From assembly GCA_965208965.1 (NCBI GenBank), contig OZ242384.1:3745838-3809837 (forward strand): a stretch of DNA of 64,000 nt, given 5' to 3'. Positions within the stretch are counted from its first letter, which is position 1, and the number at the start of each line of letters is the position of its first letter. This document shows positions 38,049 through 47,659 of this stretch, one piece after another. The position numbers were made by a program, and so were the translations under genes. Source of the stretch: Caldilineaceae bacterium. GTDB lineage: Bacteria; Chloroflexota; Anaerolineae; Caldilineales; Caldilineaceae. The notes beneath the pieces are model-generated. The model searched no databases. It saw nothing but the letters and a program-made list of their open reading frames with translations, and was not told where the DNA came from.

Positions 38049-38792
38049 TCAATAGGTCGCGCGCCCACCGGATACATCAAACACCGCGCCCGTAGCAAAA
38101 CTGCAGGCGTCGCTGCACAGCCACGCCACCATCTCGGCGTTCTCCTCAATCGTTCCAAACCGTCCCATCGGGATCTTGGCCGTCACAGTCCTGATGTACT
38201 CCGGCGTCATTTCGCCGAGAAGATCGGTCTGCACCATTGCCGGAGCCACGCAGTTGACGATGATGCCGCTCTGCGCCAGCTCCTTGCCGAGTGACTTGGT
38301 CAGAGCGATCACGCCCGCCTTGGCCGCCGAGTAAGCGCAGGCGTTGGCGTTGCCCTCCTTGCCTGCAACCGACGCCACGTTTACGATCCGGCCTCCTCCC
38401 TGCTCCAGCATGAACGGGATAACCGCCCGGCTGCATAAGAAGACCGAATTGAGGTCGGCCGCGATGACCCTGTCCCACTCTTCCAGCGGGTACTCCCACG
38501 TCGGCAGCGTCGGGCCGGAGACGCCGGCATTATTGACCAGGATATCGATAACGCCCAGCTGGGCCAGCGTATCCTGCACCGCCTGCTCAACGCTCGCCGG
38601 TTCCGTCACGTCCACGGAAAAGGCCGCCTCGAACCCTCGCCCGGCCTCCGTGCCGCGCACTGGCCCCGGGTCCAGATCCCAAACCGCCACAGCCGCGCCT
38701 GAGCCGGCCAGCCTCTGCGCAATTCCGAGCCCAATACCCTTGGCCCCTCCGGTTACAACCGCCGTCCGCCCACTGAAATCGTATTCAATCAT
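38049..38792 (-). CDS. SDR family oxidoreductase (FabG-like)
   Basis: TAVVTGGAKGIGLGIA, NNAGV and YSAAKAG motifs. ATG 38792 with an AAGGGAA RBS. Confidence 0.9.
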   Translation of the reverse strand: MIEYDFSGRTAVVTGGAKGIGLGIAQRLAGSGAAVAVWDLDPGPVRGTEAGRGFEAAFSVDVTEPASVEQAVQDTLAQLGVIDILVNNAGVSGPTLPTWEYPLEEWDRVIAADLNSVFLCSRAVIPFMLEQGGGRIVNVASVAGKEGNANACAYSAAKAGVIALTKSLGKELAQSGIIVNCVAPAMVQTDLLGEMTPEYIRTVTAKIPMGRFGTIEENAEMVAWLCSDACSFATGAVFDVSGGRATY

Positions 38793-39011
38793 CTTCAATT
38801 CCCTTGACCGCGACCTGCCCTCGTCTGGCGCGCTTCTCAACTGACCACCAACCACTGACCACTGCAGTTCCACTTATACCCCAAGTCGTGGGAAAGTGCT
38901 ACAGATGAGGGCCGCGCTGACTACCTTTTCGTCCGAAAAACTGTGTTGGTCAGAACCGGTGCAATTCAGCTAGAATGCGAGGGGGAATAGCCGCAGCACG
39001 GGAGCAGATGT

Positions 39012-40061
39012 GTGAGTAGACTGCGCATAGTCATAATAGGCGCAGGGACAATGGGCCGCCGCCATATCGAATATGTAAAAGCAAGCGGCGAATGCCAACT
39101 AGTCGGCATCTGCGACTCCGATTCCGGGGTGGCGGAGCTGGCGGCAGAGGTTGAGGCGCCCTTCTTCCTTGATGCCTTCGAAGCGCTCGATCTCGCCTCT
39201 CCGGATGGGGCGATCATCGCCGCTCCCACCAACCTGCACGAAGAGCTTGCCCTTGCCTGCATCCGCCGCGGCATCGTTCCCCTGGTTGAGAAGCCGGTCA
39301 CCGCCGCACTCGACGAGGGCAGAAGAGTGGTCGACGAAGCCGCCGCGGCCGCTGTGCCGGTCCTGGTCGGCCATCACCGGCGCTATCATCCCCGCATCAA
39401 GCGGCTCTGGAAACTGGTGAAGAAGGGCGCCATCGGCTCCTTGATCGGAGTCTCGCTCTTGTGGGCTGTCAAGAAGCCGGACGCCTATTACGACATCGCC
39501 TGGCGGACGCGCGCTGGCGGTGGGCCGGTACTGACTAATCTGATCCATGAGATCGACACACTGCGCTATGTCTGCGGCGAGATAAACAGTGTCTATGCCG
39601 CCACCAGTTCGGCTACACGCGGCTTTGAAGTGGAGGATTCCGCCGCCATAACCTTGAGGTTTGCAGGCGGCGTGGTGGGCTCGATCTTTCTCTCCGACGC
39701 GGCGCCGTCACCCTGGTCATACGAACTGACCATGTTCGAGAACCCATCCTACGCCCACGTGGACGGCAACTGCGCCTTCTTCTTCGGCACCGAGGGCTCA
39801 ATTGCCTTTCCCAGGCTGGAGTTGTGGCGCTATCCCTGCGCCGACAACGCCGGCTGGGAGCATCCACTCGATCAGCAGCAGCAAGAAACGGACGATGCCG
39901 ATCCCTTGGCGGCGCAACTGGTCCATTTCTGCCGCGTCATACGAAGAGAAGAGCCGCCTCTCGTCAGCGGCGAAGAGGGCTTACGAACGCTTGCAGCAAC
40001 CCAGGCCGTACTGACCTCTGGCAGCGAGGGCATACCCGTTGAGCCCTACCCGCTTGAGTAG
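39012..40061 (+). CDS. Gfo/Idh/MocA family oxidoreductase
   Basis: RIVIIGAGTMGRRHIEYV Rossmann N-terminus plus the ...EKP... motif. GTG start at 39012. Confidence 0.9.
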   Translation: MSRLRIVIIGAGTMGRRHIEYVKASGECQLVGICDSDSGVAELAAEVEAPFFLDAFEALDLASPDGAIIAAPTNLHEELALACIRRGIVPLVEKPVTAALDEGRRVVDEAAAAAVPVLVGHHRRYHPRIKRLWKLVKKGAIGSLIGVSLLWAVKKPDAYYDIAWRTRAGGGPVLTNLIHEIDTLRYVCGEINSVYAATSSATRGFEVEDSAAITLRFAGGVVGSIFLSDAAPSPWSYELTMFENPSYAHVDGNCAFFFGTEGSIAFPRLELWRYPCADNAGWEHPLDQQQQETDDADPLAAQLVHFCRVIRREEPPLVSGEEGLRTLAATQAVLTSGSEGIPVEPYPLE

Positions 40062-40148
40062 AACTGCTCGGCCCCTGGTCTGCAGAACTGATTTCTTTGC
40101 ACGTTATCGAAAGTGACAGGCCCGAAACAAAAGGAAAGGAGACTCCCG

Positions 40149-42467
40149 ATGGCATACGCAACCTACATGGGCGCACAGATCAAGCGCAAAGAAGACCCCC
40201 GTCTGATCACCGGAAGCGGTTCCTACGTCGGCGATCTGAAACTGCCCGGCATGCACCATGTCGCCTTCGTCCGCAGCCCCTACGCGCATGCCCGCGTCGG
40301 CGAGATCGACGCCTCGGCCGCCCTGGCGCTTGACGGCGTCGTCGCCGTAGTGACCGGTCAGGAACTGGCCGCAGACACGGAACCGATGCCTTTCCCCTTT
40401 GAGGTCGGTTCCGCTGACGGCGAGGCCAACAGCGTACGTACCCACCATGCCCTCACGACCGGAAAGGTGCTCCACATGGGAGAGTGCGTGGCCGCGGTAA
40501 TCGCCTCCGACGCCGCCACCGCCGCCGATGCCGCCGAGGAAGTCTATGTCGACTGGGAACCCCTCCCGGCCGTCGCCGGGATCGAACAGGCGCTCAAGGC
40601 AGATGCCGCCGTTCTTTTCGACGACATGGATAGCAACGTCCAGGAGGTGTGGCGGCGCAAAGTCGGCGATGTTGATGCCGCCTTCTCCTCCGCACACAAA
40701 GTGGTCAGCCAGCACATAACCAGCCAGCGGCTCGCCGCCGTACCCATGGAAGGCCGCAGCATCGTTGCCGCGCCCGACCCAACCACGGCAGGCCTGACCG
40801 TCTGGACCAGCACCCAAGCGCCCCACCTGGTGCGCGGACAACTGGCCGGCGTCCTGCGCATGTCCGAAAACGCCATCCGGGTTATCGCCCCCGAAGTCGG
40901 CGGCGGATTCGGCGTAAAGATCGGCATCTATCCCGAGGAGGTGGTGATAGCCAGCCTGGCCATGCGCTACCAGCTTCCGCTGAGCTGGGTCGAAGGGCGC
41001 AGCGAGCACCTGCTCACCACGACGCATGGCCGCGGCCAGATAGCAGACTACGCGCTGGCCGTCACCGAAGAAGGCCGCATCACCGGCATGAGAATGCGCG
41101 TCGTAGCCGACATGGGCGCCTATCCAATTGTGCTGATCATCCCCGAGCTGACCGGATGGATGGCTGTCGGCGTCTACGACATCCCCGCCCTGGATATAGA
41201 GATCGACTGCGTTTTCACCAATACCACGCCCATCGCCGCCTACCGGGGCGCGGGCCGGCCGGAAGCGGCCTACTACATTGAACGTATGGTAGACCTGGTA
41301 GCAAATGAGCTGGGCCTGGATCCGACAGAGGTGCGCCGCAGAAACTTCATTGCCCCCGACGCCTTCCCCTACGACACGCGTACCACGCTGACCTACGACA
41401 GCGGCGAATACGAGAAGTCGTTGGCCAAAGCCCTCGACGTTTCCAACTACGCCTCGCTGCGCGCGGAACAGGAGCAACGCCGCAGCCAGAACAATGGCAA
41501 TCTGCTGGGAATCGGCCTCGCCACCTACGTGGAGATTTGCGGATTCGGCCCCTACGAGAGCGCCGAGGTACGCGTCGAGCCCAGCGGAACGGTCACCGTC
41601 TTTACCGGTATCTCACCGCACGGCCAGGGACAGGAAACGACCTTTGCCCAGATTGTAGCCGACCAGCTGGGAGCAGACTACGATCAGATCGTCGTCAAGC
41701 ACGGCGACACCGCCAACACGCCGATGGGCATCGGCACGATGGGCAGCCGCGGTCTGGCGGTGGGCGGCACCGCCCTCGTGCGGGCGACCGGCAAAGTGCG
41801 GGACAAGGCCAAGGAGATTGCAGGGCATATCCTTGAAGCCGCCGCCGAAGACATTGAGCTGACGGAAGGGCAGTACCAGGTGCGGGGCGTCCCCGACAAG
41901 GCCGTAACCCTCGTCGACATCGCCGCACGCGCCTACAGCGATGACCTGCCAGAGGCGATCGACACGGGTCTCGAAGGCACCGACTACTTCCGGCCCGACC
42001 TGGTTTACCCGTTCGGCACGCACGTCGCCGTGGTCGAGGTCGAGCGGGCGACCGGTGGTGTCACCATTCGCGAATACTATTCCGTCGACGACTGCGGGCC
42101 GCGCATCAGCCCCAAACTGGTCGACGGCCAGGTCCACGGCGGCCTTGCCCAGGGCATCGCCCAAGCGCTTTTGGAAGAGGTCGTATACAGTGAGGAAGGT
42201 CAGCTGCTGACGGGTACGCTGATGGACTATGCCATCCCCAAAGCCGGGCAGTTCCCACGCTTCGTGACCGATTCAACCGTAACCAATACGCCCCATAACC
42301 CGCTAGGCGCAAAGGGTATCGGTGAAGCCGCCACCATCGGTTCCACGCCTGCCATCGCCAACGCCGTCATGGACGCCCTCAAGCCGCTGGGCGTACACCA
42401 TCTCGACATGCCCTTGACACCCGAGAAGATCTGGCAAGCAATTAACTCGAACGGGCCCGCCGCCTGA
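40149..42467 (+). CDS. molybdopterin-binding subunit of the xanthine dehydrogenase/CO-dehydrogenase family (form II CoxL-like)
   Basis: MAYATYMGAQIKRKEDPRLITG... and active-site loop PIAAYRGAGRPEA (AYRGAGR rather than the AYxCSFR of true CO dehydrogenases). AAAGGAGA RBS before ATG 40149. Confidence 0.9.
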   Translation: MAYATYMGAQIKRKEDPRLITGSGSYVGDLKLPGMHHVAFVRSPYAHARVGEIDASAALALDGVVAVVTGQELAADTEPMPFPFEVGSADGEANSVRTHHALTTGKVLHMGECVAAVIASDAATAADAAEEVYVDWEPLPAVAGIEQALKADAAVLFDDMDSNVQEVWRRKVGDVDAAFSSAHKVVSQHITSQRLAAVPMEGRSIVAAPDPTTAGLTVWTSTQAPHLVRGQLAGVLRMSENAIRVIAPEVGGGFGVKIGIYPEEVVIASLAMRYQLPLSWVEGRSEHLLTTTHGRGQIADYALAVTEEGRITGMRMRVVADMGAYPIVLIIPELTGWMAVGVYDIPALDIEIDCVFTNTTPIAAYRGAGRPEAAYYIERMVDLVANELGLDPTEVRRRNFIAPDAFPYDTRTTLTYDSGEYEKSLAKALDVSNYASLRAEQEQRRSQNNGNLLGIGLATYVEICGFGPYESAEVRVEPSGTVTVFTGISPHGQGQETTFAQIVADQLGADYDQIVVKHGDTANTPMGIGTMGSRGLAVGGTALVRATGKVRDKAKEIAGHILEAAAEDIELTEGQYQVRGVPDKAVTLVDIAARAYSDDLPEAIDTGLEGTDYFRPDLVYPFGTHVAVVEVERATGGVTIREYYSVDDCGPRISPKLVDGQVHGGLAQGIAQALLEEVVYSEEGQLLTGTLMDYAIPKAGQFPRFVTDSTVTNTPHNPLGAKGIGEAATIGSTPAIANAVMDALKPLGVHHLDMPLTPEKIWQAINSNGPAA

Positions 42468-42500
42468 ACGGCGACGATCAGAGGAGAGAGGAGAACCAGG

Positions 42501-42935
42501 GTGAGCAGCTTCCACGTGGACATTGGCGACAGCGTTTCTTTCAGCAAGACCGTCGGCGAGAGCGACGTCTATCTCTTCGCCGGCATCACCGGTGATCTGG
42601 CGCCGAACCACGTCGACGAAGAGTACATGAAACGCTCCAGCTACGGTACCCGTATCGCCCACGGCGCGCTCCTCATCGGCTATATGTCCACCGCCTCATC
42701 CATGGCGATCGCAGACTCTCGCAGCAGCGACGAGGAGACGCCTGTCTCCCTGGGGTACGATCGCATCCGCTTTCTCGCTCCGGTCTTCCTGGGCGACACG
42801 ATCACCGTTCACTACGAAATCGTTGCAATTGACCAGGAGCGCAGACGGTCCGTATCCGACATACGCGTCACCAATCAGTCCGGCACCTTAGTTGCCGTAG
42901 CCCAGCACATCCTCAAATGGGTGGCGAACAGGTAG
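42501..42935 (+). CDS. MaoC-like (R)-specific enoyl-CoA hydratase (hotdog fold)
   Basis: FSKTVGESDVYLFAGITGDLAPNHVDEEYMKRSSYGTRIAHGALL. GTG start after a GAGGAGAGAGGAG RBS. Confidence 0.9.
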   Translation: MSSFHVDIGDSVSFSKTVGESDVYLFAGITGDLAPNHVDEEYMKRSSYGTRIAHGALLIGYMSTASSMAIADSRSSDEETPVSLGYDRIRFLAPVFLGDTITVHYEIVAIDQERRRSVSDIRVTNQSGTLVAVAQHILKWVANR

Positions 42936-42951
42936 AGAAGAGAGGGGTACT

Positions 42952-43695
42952 ATGAATCAGGAATGGCGCAAACAGATCGAGGAAACCGCTGTACTGAATC
43001 TTGGCCAGGTTCTGGAAGGCGAGGAGTTGGACCACTTTCGCAGCATGTTCGACACGGATCGCTCCGACTACCCCTACTTCTGGCGCGCCTACGGCCATCA
43101 CCAGGTCGCCAACTACGATGCGCTGATCACCACCCCGCGCTTCGACGAGCTGATTCGTCATCCGCGCATCCTGCCCGTAATCGAAGAACTGATGGGGGGT
43201 CCCGTCTGCTTCGGCGAAATCGGCTTGCGCTATATGGGCCCCTACGACGGCCAGCTTCACCGCGGATGGCATCGCGACAAACCGCACTGGCCCGACCACC
43301 CTCTGCGCATGGACTATATTCAGCTGATGGTCTACCTGACCGACGTCGACGAGAGCACGCACTGCATCTCCTTCTCGCCCGAGTCGATCGACCAGCCCGT
43401 ACTCAAGGACCAGCAGGCCCAACTGGACCGCGGCGGCATCTACGACCTCCACGGTCCGGCCGGGACCTGCGCCCTCTTCAACGTCGCTGCCTTGCACACC
43501 GCCACAACCCGCCCTACCATCTCAGAACGCAAGACAGTTCAGATCTACTACGGACACCGTGACAGAGCCCCTCTTGCCAACGACTCCGGCATTCCCGCAC
43601 CTCTGTGGCGCGATCACCCGGACGCAGAAACACGGGCCTTCTACGGAGTCTTGAACCAGCGTACCAAACTCTATATGGCTGCCTTTGGCAACTGA
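42952..43695 (+). CDS. phytanoyl-CoA dioxygenase (PhyH) family Fe(II)/2-oxoglutarate oxygenase
   Basis: GWHRD (HxD), ...LMVYLTDVDESTHCISFSPES... and a distal His (ALHTATT). Confidence 0.85.
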   Translation: MNQEWRKQIEETAVLNLGQVLEGEELDHFRSMFDTDRSDYPYFWRAYGHHQVANYDALITTPRFDELIRHPRILPVIEELMGGPVCFGEIGLRYMGPYDGQLHRGWHRDKPHWPDHPLRMDYIQLMVYLTDVDESTHCISFSPESIDQPVLKDQQAQLDRGGIYDLHGPAGTCALFNVAALHTATTRPTISERKTVQIYYGHRDRAPLANDSGIPAPLWRDHPDAETRAFYGVLNQRTKLYMAAFGN

Positions 43696-43706
43696 TCAAA
43701 CCTGCT

Positions 43707-44807
43707 TCAGACCGGGCTGATCTCCCGGCAGCGCTCCAGAATCTCCACCTGCCGCCGCACACTGGCCGCCGAAATCGCCGCTTGTTCCCCTGTGCGGATG
43801 GTCGTAAAGATGTCCTCATAGAGACTGAACATGCCCGTGAAGAAATTGAACTCGGGCGTGAAAGTCTCCTCTTTCCAGGGCAGCGTTTCGCTGTTGTAGC
43901 TGCGGTCCGGGGTCGGCTTCGTGTCCAGCACGAGCGGCGGCGCCTCTTCCGGATCGAAATACTTCCAGTTGACCGTGCGCCGGTCCGCGCTCACGAGCGT
44001 CCCCTGCGTTCCCATCACCAGCCACGCGTCCTGCGGATAGGCGCAGCAGTTGGTCATCTCCACGTCGATGACAGGTCCGTCGTTCGGCTTGATGACCAGC
44101 TTGACGTGGCTCTCCGCGTCCCCGGCAAACAGGGGCGTCGTCTCCATCTGGCAGAAGATCTCCGGGTTGGGATCGTCGAAAAAGTGAATCGCCCAGTCGA
44201 TTGAGTGAGCACCCTTGTTGTTCAGGTCCCCGCCGCCGTATTTCTTGAGCGTCTGCCAGTCCCAGCGCCTGCGAAAGCCGTTGCCGGTAATCCGCATCTG
44301 CACGATGCGACCCAAGACGCCTGAATCGACCACCTCCTTCACCTTCAGGAAGTCGGCGTGATAGCGGTAATTCTGATTGACGGTCAGAAGCATCCCCGTC
44401 TCTTCGGCCACTGCGATCATTTCGTCAACACCGGCCAGAGTAGGTGCCATCGGCTTCTCGACAATGACATGCTTCCCGGCCTGCATCGCCGCGGAAGCGT
44501 CGCTCACGTGCAGCTGGCTGGGCGTTGCGACGACGAGCAGCTCCACTGCCTTGTCGGCGATGATCTCATCGATGTCTGAGTAGGCCAGGCAGTCAAACCG
44601 TTCAATCGCCTCCTCCTGGCGGGCGGAATCCGGATCGCATACCGCCGTGACTCTGAACTTTTCACCGATCTGGGCCAGGACGTTTGCGTGGATGCCCCAG
44701 CCGCTTCGACCCAATCCGCTGATTCCGATTCTCAAGGGCTCGTCCGAGGTTCCGGTCTGAGTACCGTTGCCCGTTTCCATGCCACTCTTCGGCGTAGACT
44801 CTGCCAT
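43707..44807 (-). CDS. Gfo/Idh/MocA family oxidoreductase
   Basis: LRIGISGLGRSGWGIHANVL...VVATPSQLH...VIVEKP. AAAGGAAG RBS before ATG 44807. Confidence 0.9.
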   Translation of the reverse strand: MAESTPKSGMETGNGTQTGTSDEPLRIGISGLGRSGWGIHANVLAQIGEKFRVTAVCDPDSARQEEAIERFDCLAYSDIDEIIADKAVELLVVATPSQLHVSDASAAMQAGKHVIVEKPMAPTLAGVDEMIAVAEETGMLLTVNQNYRYHADFLKVKEVVDSGVLGRIVQMRITGNGFRRRWDWQTLKKYGGGDLNNKGAHSIDWAIHFFDDPNPEIFCQMETTPLFAGDAESHVKLVIKPNDGPVIDVEMTNCCAYPQDAWLVMGTQGTLVSADRRTVNWKYFDPEEAPPLVLDTKPTPDRSYNSETLPWKEETFTPEFNFFTGMFSLYEDIFTTIRTGEQAAISAASVRRQVEILERCREISPV

Positions 44808-45040
44808 GTCAGGCTTCCTTTCTGCGAGTGATTAGTACGGCCAAGAGGCGTTCGGGCTTTCAAACGCCGCCAAACCATTTGGTTCTGAGGTGGAGTGAAT
44901 GTCATGCTACAATGGCCATTCGGACATCCGCACAAGCATAGCAGAAAGTCCGTTTAAGTCGTAAAGTCGCAAGCCTAATGTTGCCCGTCTGGCTATTTTC
45001 ATTCGGAGGTCAAGAGAGTTCCTGTTTTTCCTTTCTCCCC

Positions 45041-45370
45041 TGTAACGCTCGTAAACGCTTGTAGACTCTCATAGACTCTCGTGCGAGAATTTCAGTACCT
45101 TGTGCAACACTCGTAAGCGCTCGTAAATCCACTAAGAAATATCGTGTGCACCCTTGGAGCCCTTTGCAACACTCGTAAACACTTGCAGACTCTTGTGGGA
45201 CAGTTTTGGTCTTTGCAGCACCTGTCGTAAACGCTCCCAAACTCCAAGGGAATCGCGCTCGACAGGCCTGGCGACTTGTGCGACGCCCGCATACTGTTGC
45301 AGGCTCCCGTGGGACACCAGTAGTACCAGGAGGAACGCTTGCAGACTCTTGTGCTCTCTTGTGAGCGGTC
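45041..45370. repeat. degenerate tandem repeat with a 10-bp sub-period and a ~62-bp higher-order period
   Basis: Consecutive decamers include gtaaacgctt / gtagactctc / atagactctc / gtgcgagaat, then tcgtaagcgc / tcgtaaatcc, then actcgtaaac / acttgcagac / tcttgtggga, then gcagactctt / gtgctctctt / gtgagcggtc. caacactcgtaa recurs at 45105 and 45167. Confidence 0.65.
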
Positions 45371-46105
45371 GCGATGCGCTATTGACATCAAAGGAAAATC
45401 GTTAGCCGGGCCAATTGAACCATGTTGCGTTAAACTCTTTGGAGGTTGTCCGAAATGAAGGAGCAGGCCTTGGACCTGCCCACGCAAGTAGATGCACTTT
45501 TGCCTCAAATCATCTTTCCATTCTCTCAGTTGAGGCGCTAATGGAACAGGGGGTCCCCCCAAAAACGTGCCAAATTGTGCCAAGTCGCGCTTTAATCCTT
45601 CTCCGCTTTCACTGTTGAGTAGTTGAATCGCAAGGCTCGCTGACGCTCGTCAGAAGAGCAGTTTGCGGGACCAAACAGCCCGTCCGCGCAAGGCCCCGGC
45701 AGTCTCGCCGGTAAAGTCCGATACGCTTCATGTGTTCTTCGAGGCATTACGAGTCGCTTTCCGCATCGAAGAGTGTTGCTCTGCCTCGCCGCACGGTTCG
45801 CCGAAGTCTGAAATCGCATAACGTAGCTGCCAAACCATTAGATGCTTCTGCGCTGACCGTTTCAGGCACTGCAGCGGTCAATGGGTTTTGGGCTGAGAAA
45901 ACATGAGGGCTAGCAGGCCGGACCAAGGCCCGCCCAGGGACCCGAACTCGCCGGTCGCGCCAAACCTGGACTTGCCTGCAGGGACAAAAGCCGCTACGGC
46001 GAATCAGGCGAGTTGGTATATAATCCAGGCGTGTACGACTTGAATGGCCTTCCTGTAGACTTGGCGTGGACCGCCAACCAAGCGGCTGCATTCTAGACGG
46101 TGCCA

Positions 46106-47650
46106 ATGCGTTTCTCAGTCCTGCTGATCTCCTGCTACGAACTCGGCCATCAGCCTCTCAGCCTGGCTTGGCCGTTGGCCGCACTCCGGGAAGCCTCCCT
46201 TGACGCCGCAGCTGCCGATCTGGCCGTCGAGGAGTTTCCAACCGGAAAAGCGGCCGGCGCCGACCTGATCGCCATTGCCGTACCCATGCACACTGCGCTG
46301 CGCATCGGCGTGGACGCGGCCCGGAAGGCGCGCGCAGCGAATCCCGACGCCCACCTCTGCTTCTTCGGCCTCTACGCCTGGCTCAACCGCCAATACCTGC
46401 TGCAACTTGACGGCAGCAAGGGGCCGATCGCCGACTCGGTTGTCGCCGGTGAAGCGGAGCCAGTCCTGGTCGCGCTGGCAAACGCCCTGCTCGCAGGCAA
46501 GCAGGCAGCAGATGTCCCCGGTCTTACCACGCTCAACAATGAGGCATCACCTCATCTGGGGCGGCACTCTCTGCCGCTTCCGGATCGAACATCGTTGCCC
46601 TCCCTGGACAACTATGCCCATTACGTTCCAGGCTCGTCTTCAGACCCCGAGGGGATGTCAACGGGCAACGGTGAACGGGTAGAAGATCCGGTCGCCTACC
46701 CGGCCGGCTATACTGAGGCCAGCCGCGGCTGTCTACACACCTGCCGCCACTGTCCGGTCGTGCCCGTTTACAATGGCCGCTTTTTCGTGGTGCCCGTCGA
46801 AACCGTTCTCGCCGACATCGCCCAGCAGGTCGAGAACGGCGCCCAGCATATCACTTTCGGTGACCCGGACTTTCTCAATGGTCCCGGCCACGCCCGCAAA
46901 GTAGCCAGAGCCCTCAATACCGCCTTCCCCCATGTCAGCTTCGATTTCACAGCAAAGGTGGAACACCTGCTCAAGCATCGCCGGCTCTTGCCGGAACTGG
47001 CTGAGCAAGGCGCATCATTCGTCGTCTCTGCCTTCGAGTCAACCAGCGAACATGTTCTCTCCCGCCTCCAAAAAGGCCACACACGCCAACAGATGGAGGA
47101 GGCCCTGGCCATCGTGGAGGAAGCAGGCCTCTCGATCCAACCGACCTGGATGCCCTTTACACCCTGGACCAGCCTGGACGACTATCTCTTTATGCTGCAA
47201 TGGATCCGTGACCAGGGCCTGATAACGCAAGTACCCGCTGTGCAGCTCTCGATTCGGATGTTGGTTCCCCCAGGGAGCGCCCTACTCTCCGAAGAAGACA
47301 CTGAGGCATGGCAGGGAACGCTCGACGCGCCAAACTTCACTTTCCAATGGCAGCACCCGGACCCGCGCATGGACGCGCTCCAGCAACAGGTAGCGCGCAT
47401 CGCCGAAATGGCGGGCCAGTATGAAGCCGAAGGTTCGTCCGGCGCCGGCGGAGGAAACCTGCCGGATCCGGTCGGAGACGCGGCCAGTCCATACGCTGTA
47501 TTCCATCGCATCCAATGTGCCGCTCACAGTGCCGCCGGTCGCCCGGCCCCCGTTTTGCCGCCTCTCTCCTCCTACATTCCCCGGCCGCCTCGCCTGACCG
47601 AGCACTGGTTCTGCTGAGCGGAGCCCACCGCCGACCAGTTGGCCGGCTGA
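46106..47650 (+). CDS. radical SAM protein with C-terminal C-U-A-E-P tail; selenocysteine candidate at TGA 47615-47617
   Basis: MRFSVLLISCYELGHQP is a B12-binding-like N-domain pattern. The CX3CX2C cluster is RGCLHTCRHCPV. After ...EHWFC, the TGA is followed in frame by GCG GAG CCC (A E P) plus 7 codons to TGA 47648-47650. Start is ATG 46106 (GTG 46100 is possible). Confidence 0.7.
47630..47647 (+). promoter_or_regulatory. candidate bacterial SECIS hairpin
   Basis: GCCGACC-AGUU-GGCCGGC forms 6 bp plus one A.C mismatch. The tetraloop has G at position 2. It starts 12 nt after the UGA. Confidence 0.4.
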
Positions 47651-47659
47651 AATGAACGC

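Noticed and set aside
40104-41477. 457-aa ORF on the minus strand
   Set aside because: It is antisense to the CoxL-like gene, which has clear family motifs. The composition is Gly/Ala/Val/Asp-rich junk.
45035-45370. Possible degenerate CRISPR array (units recur every ~55-65 nt)
   Set aside because: The repeats are far too divergent from each other. The dominant period is 10 bp rather than repeat+spacer. There is no leader or cas genes within the window.
45092-45583. 163-aa Cys-containing ORF (and 45010..45240) on the minus strand, considered as possible RiPP precursors for the adjacent radical SAM enzyme
   Set aside because: The apparent peptide repeats come from the 10-bp DNA period, which drifts through all three frames. 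The ORFs are on the opposite strand from the radical SAM gene. They have no RBS or credible start.
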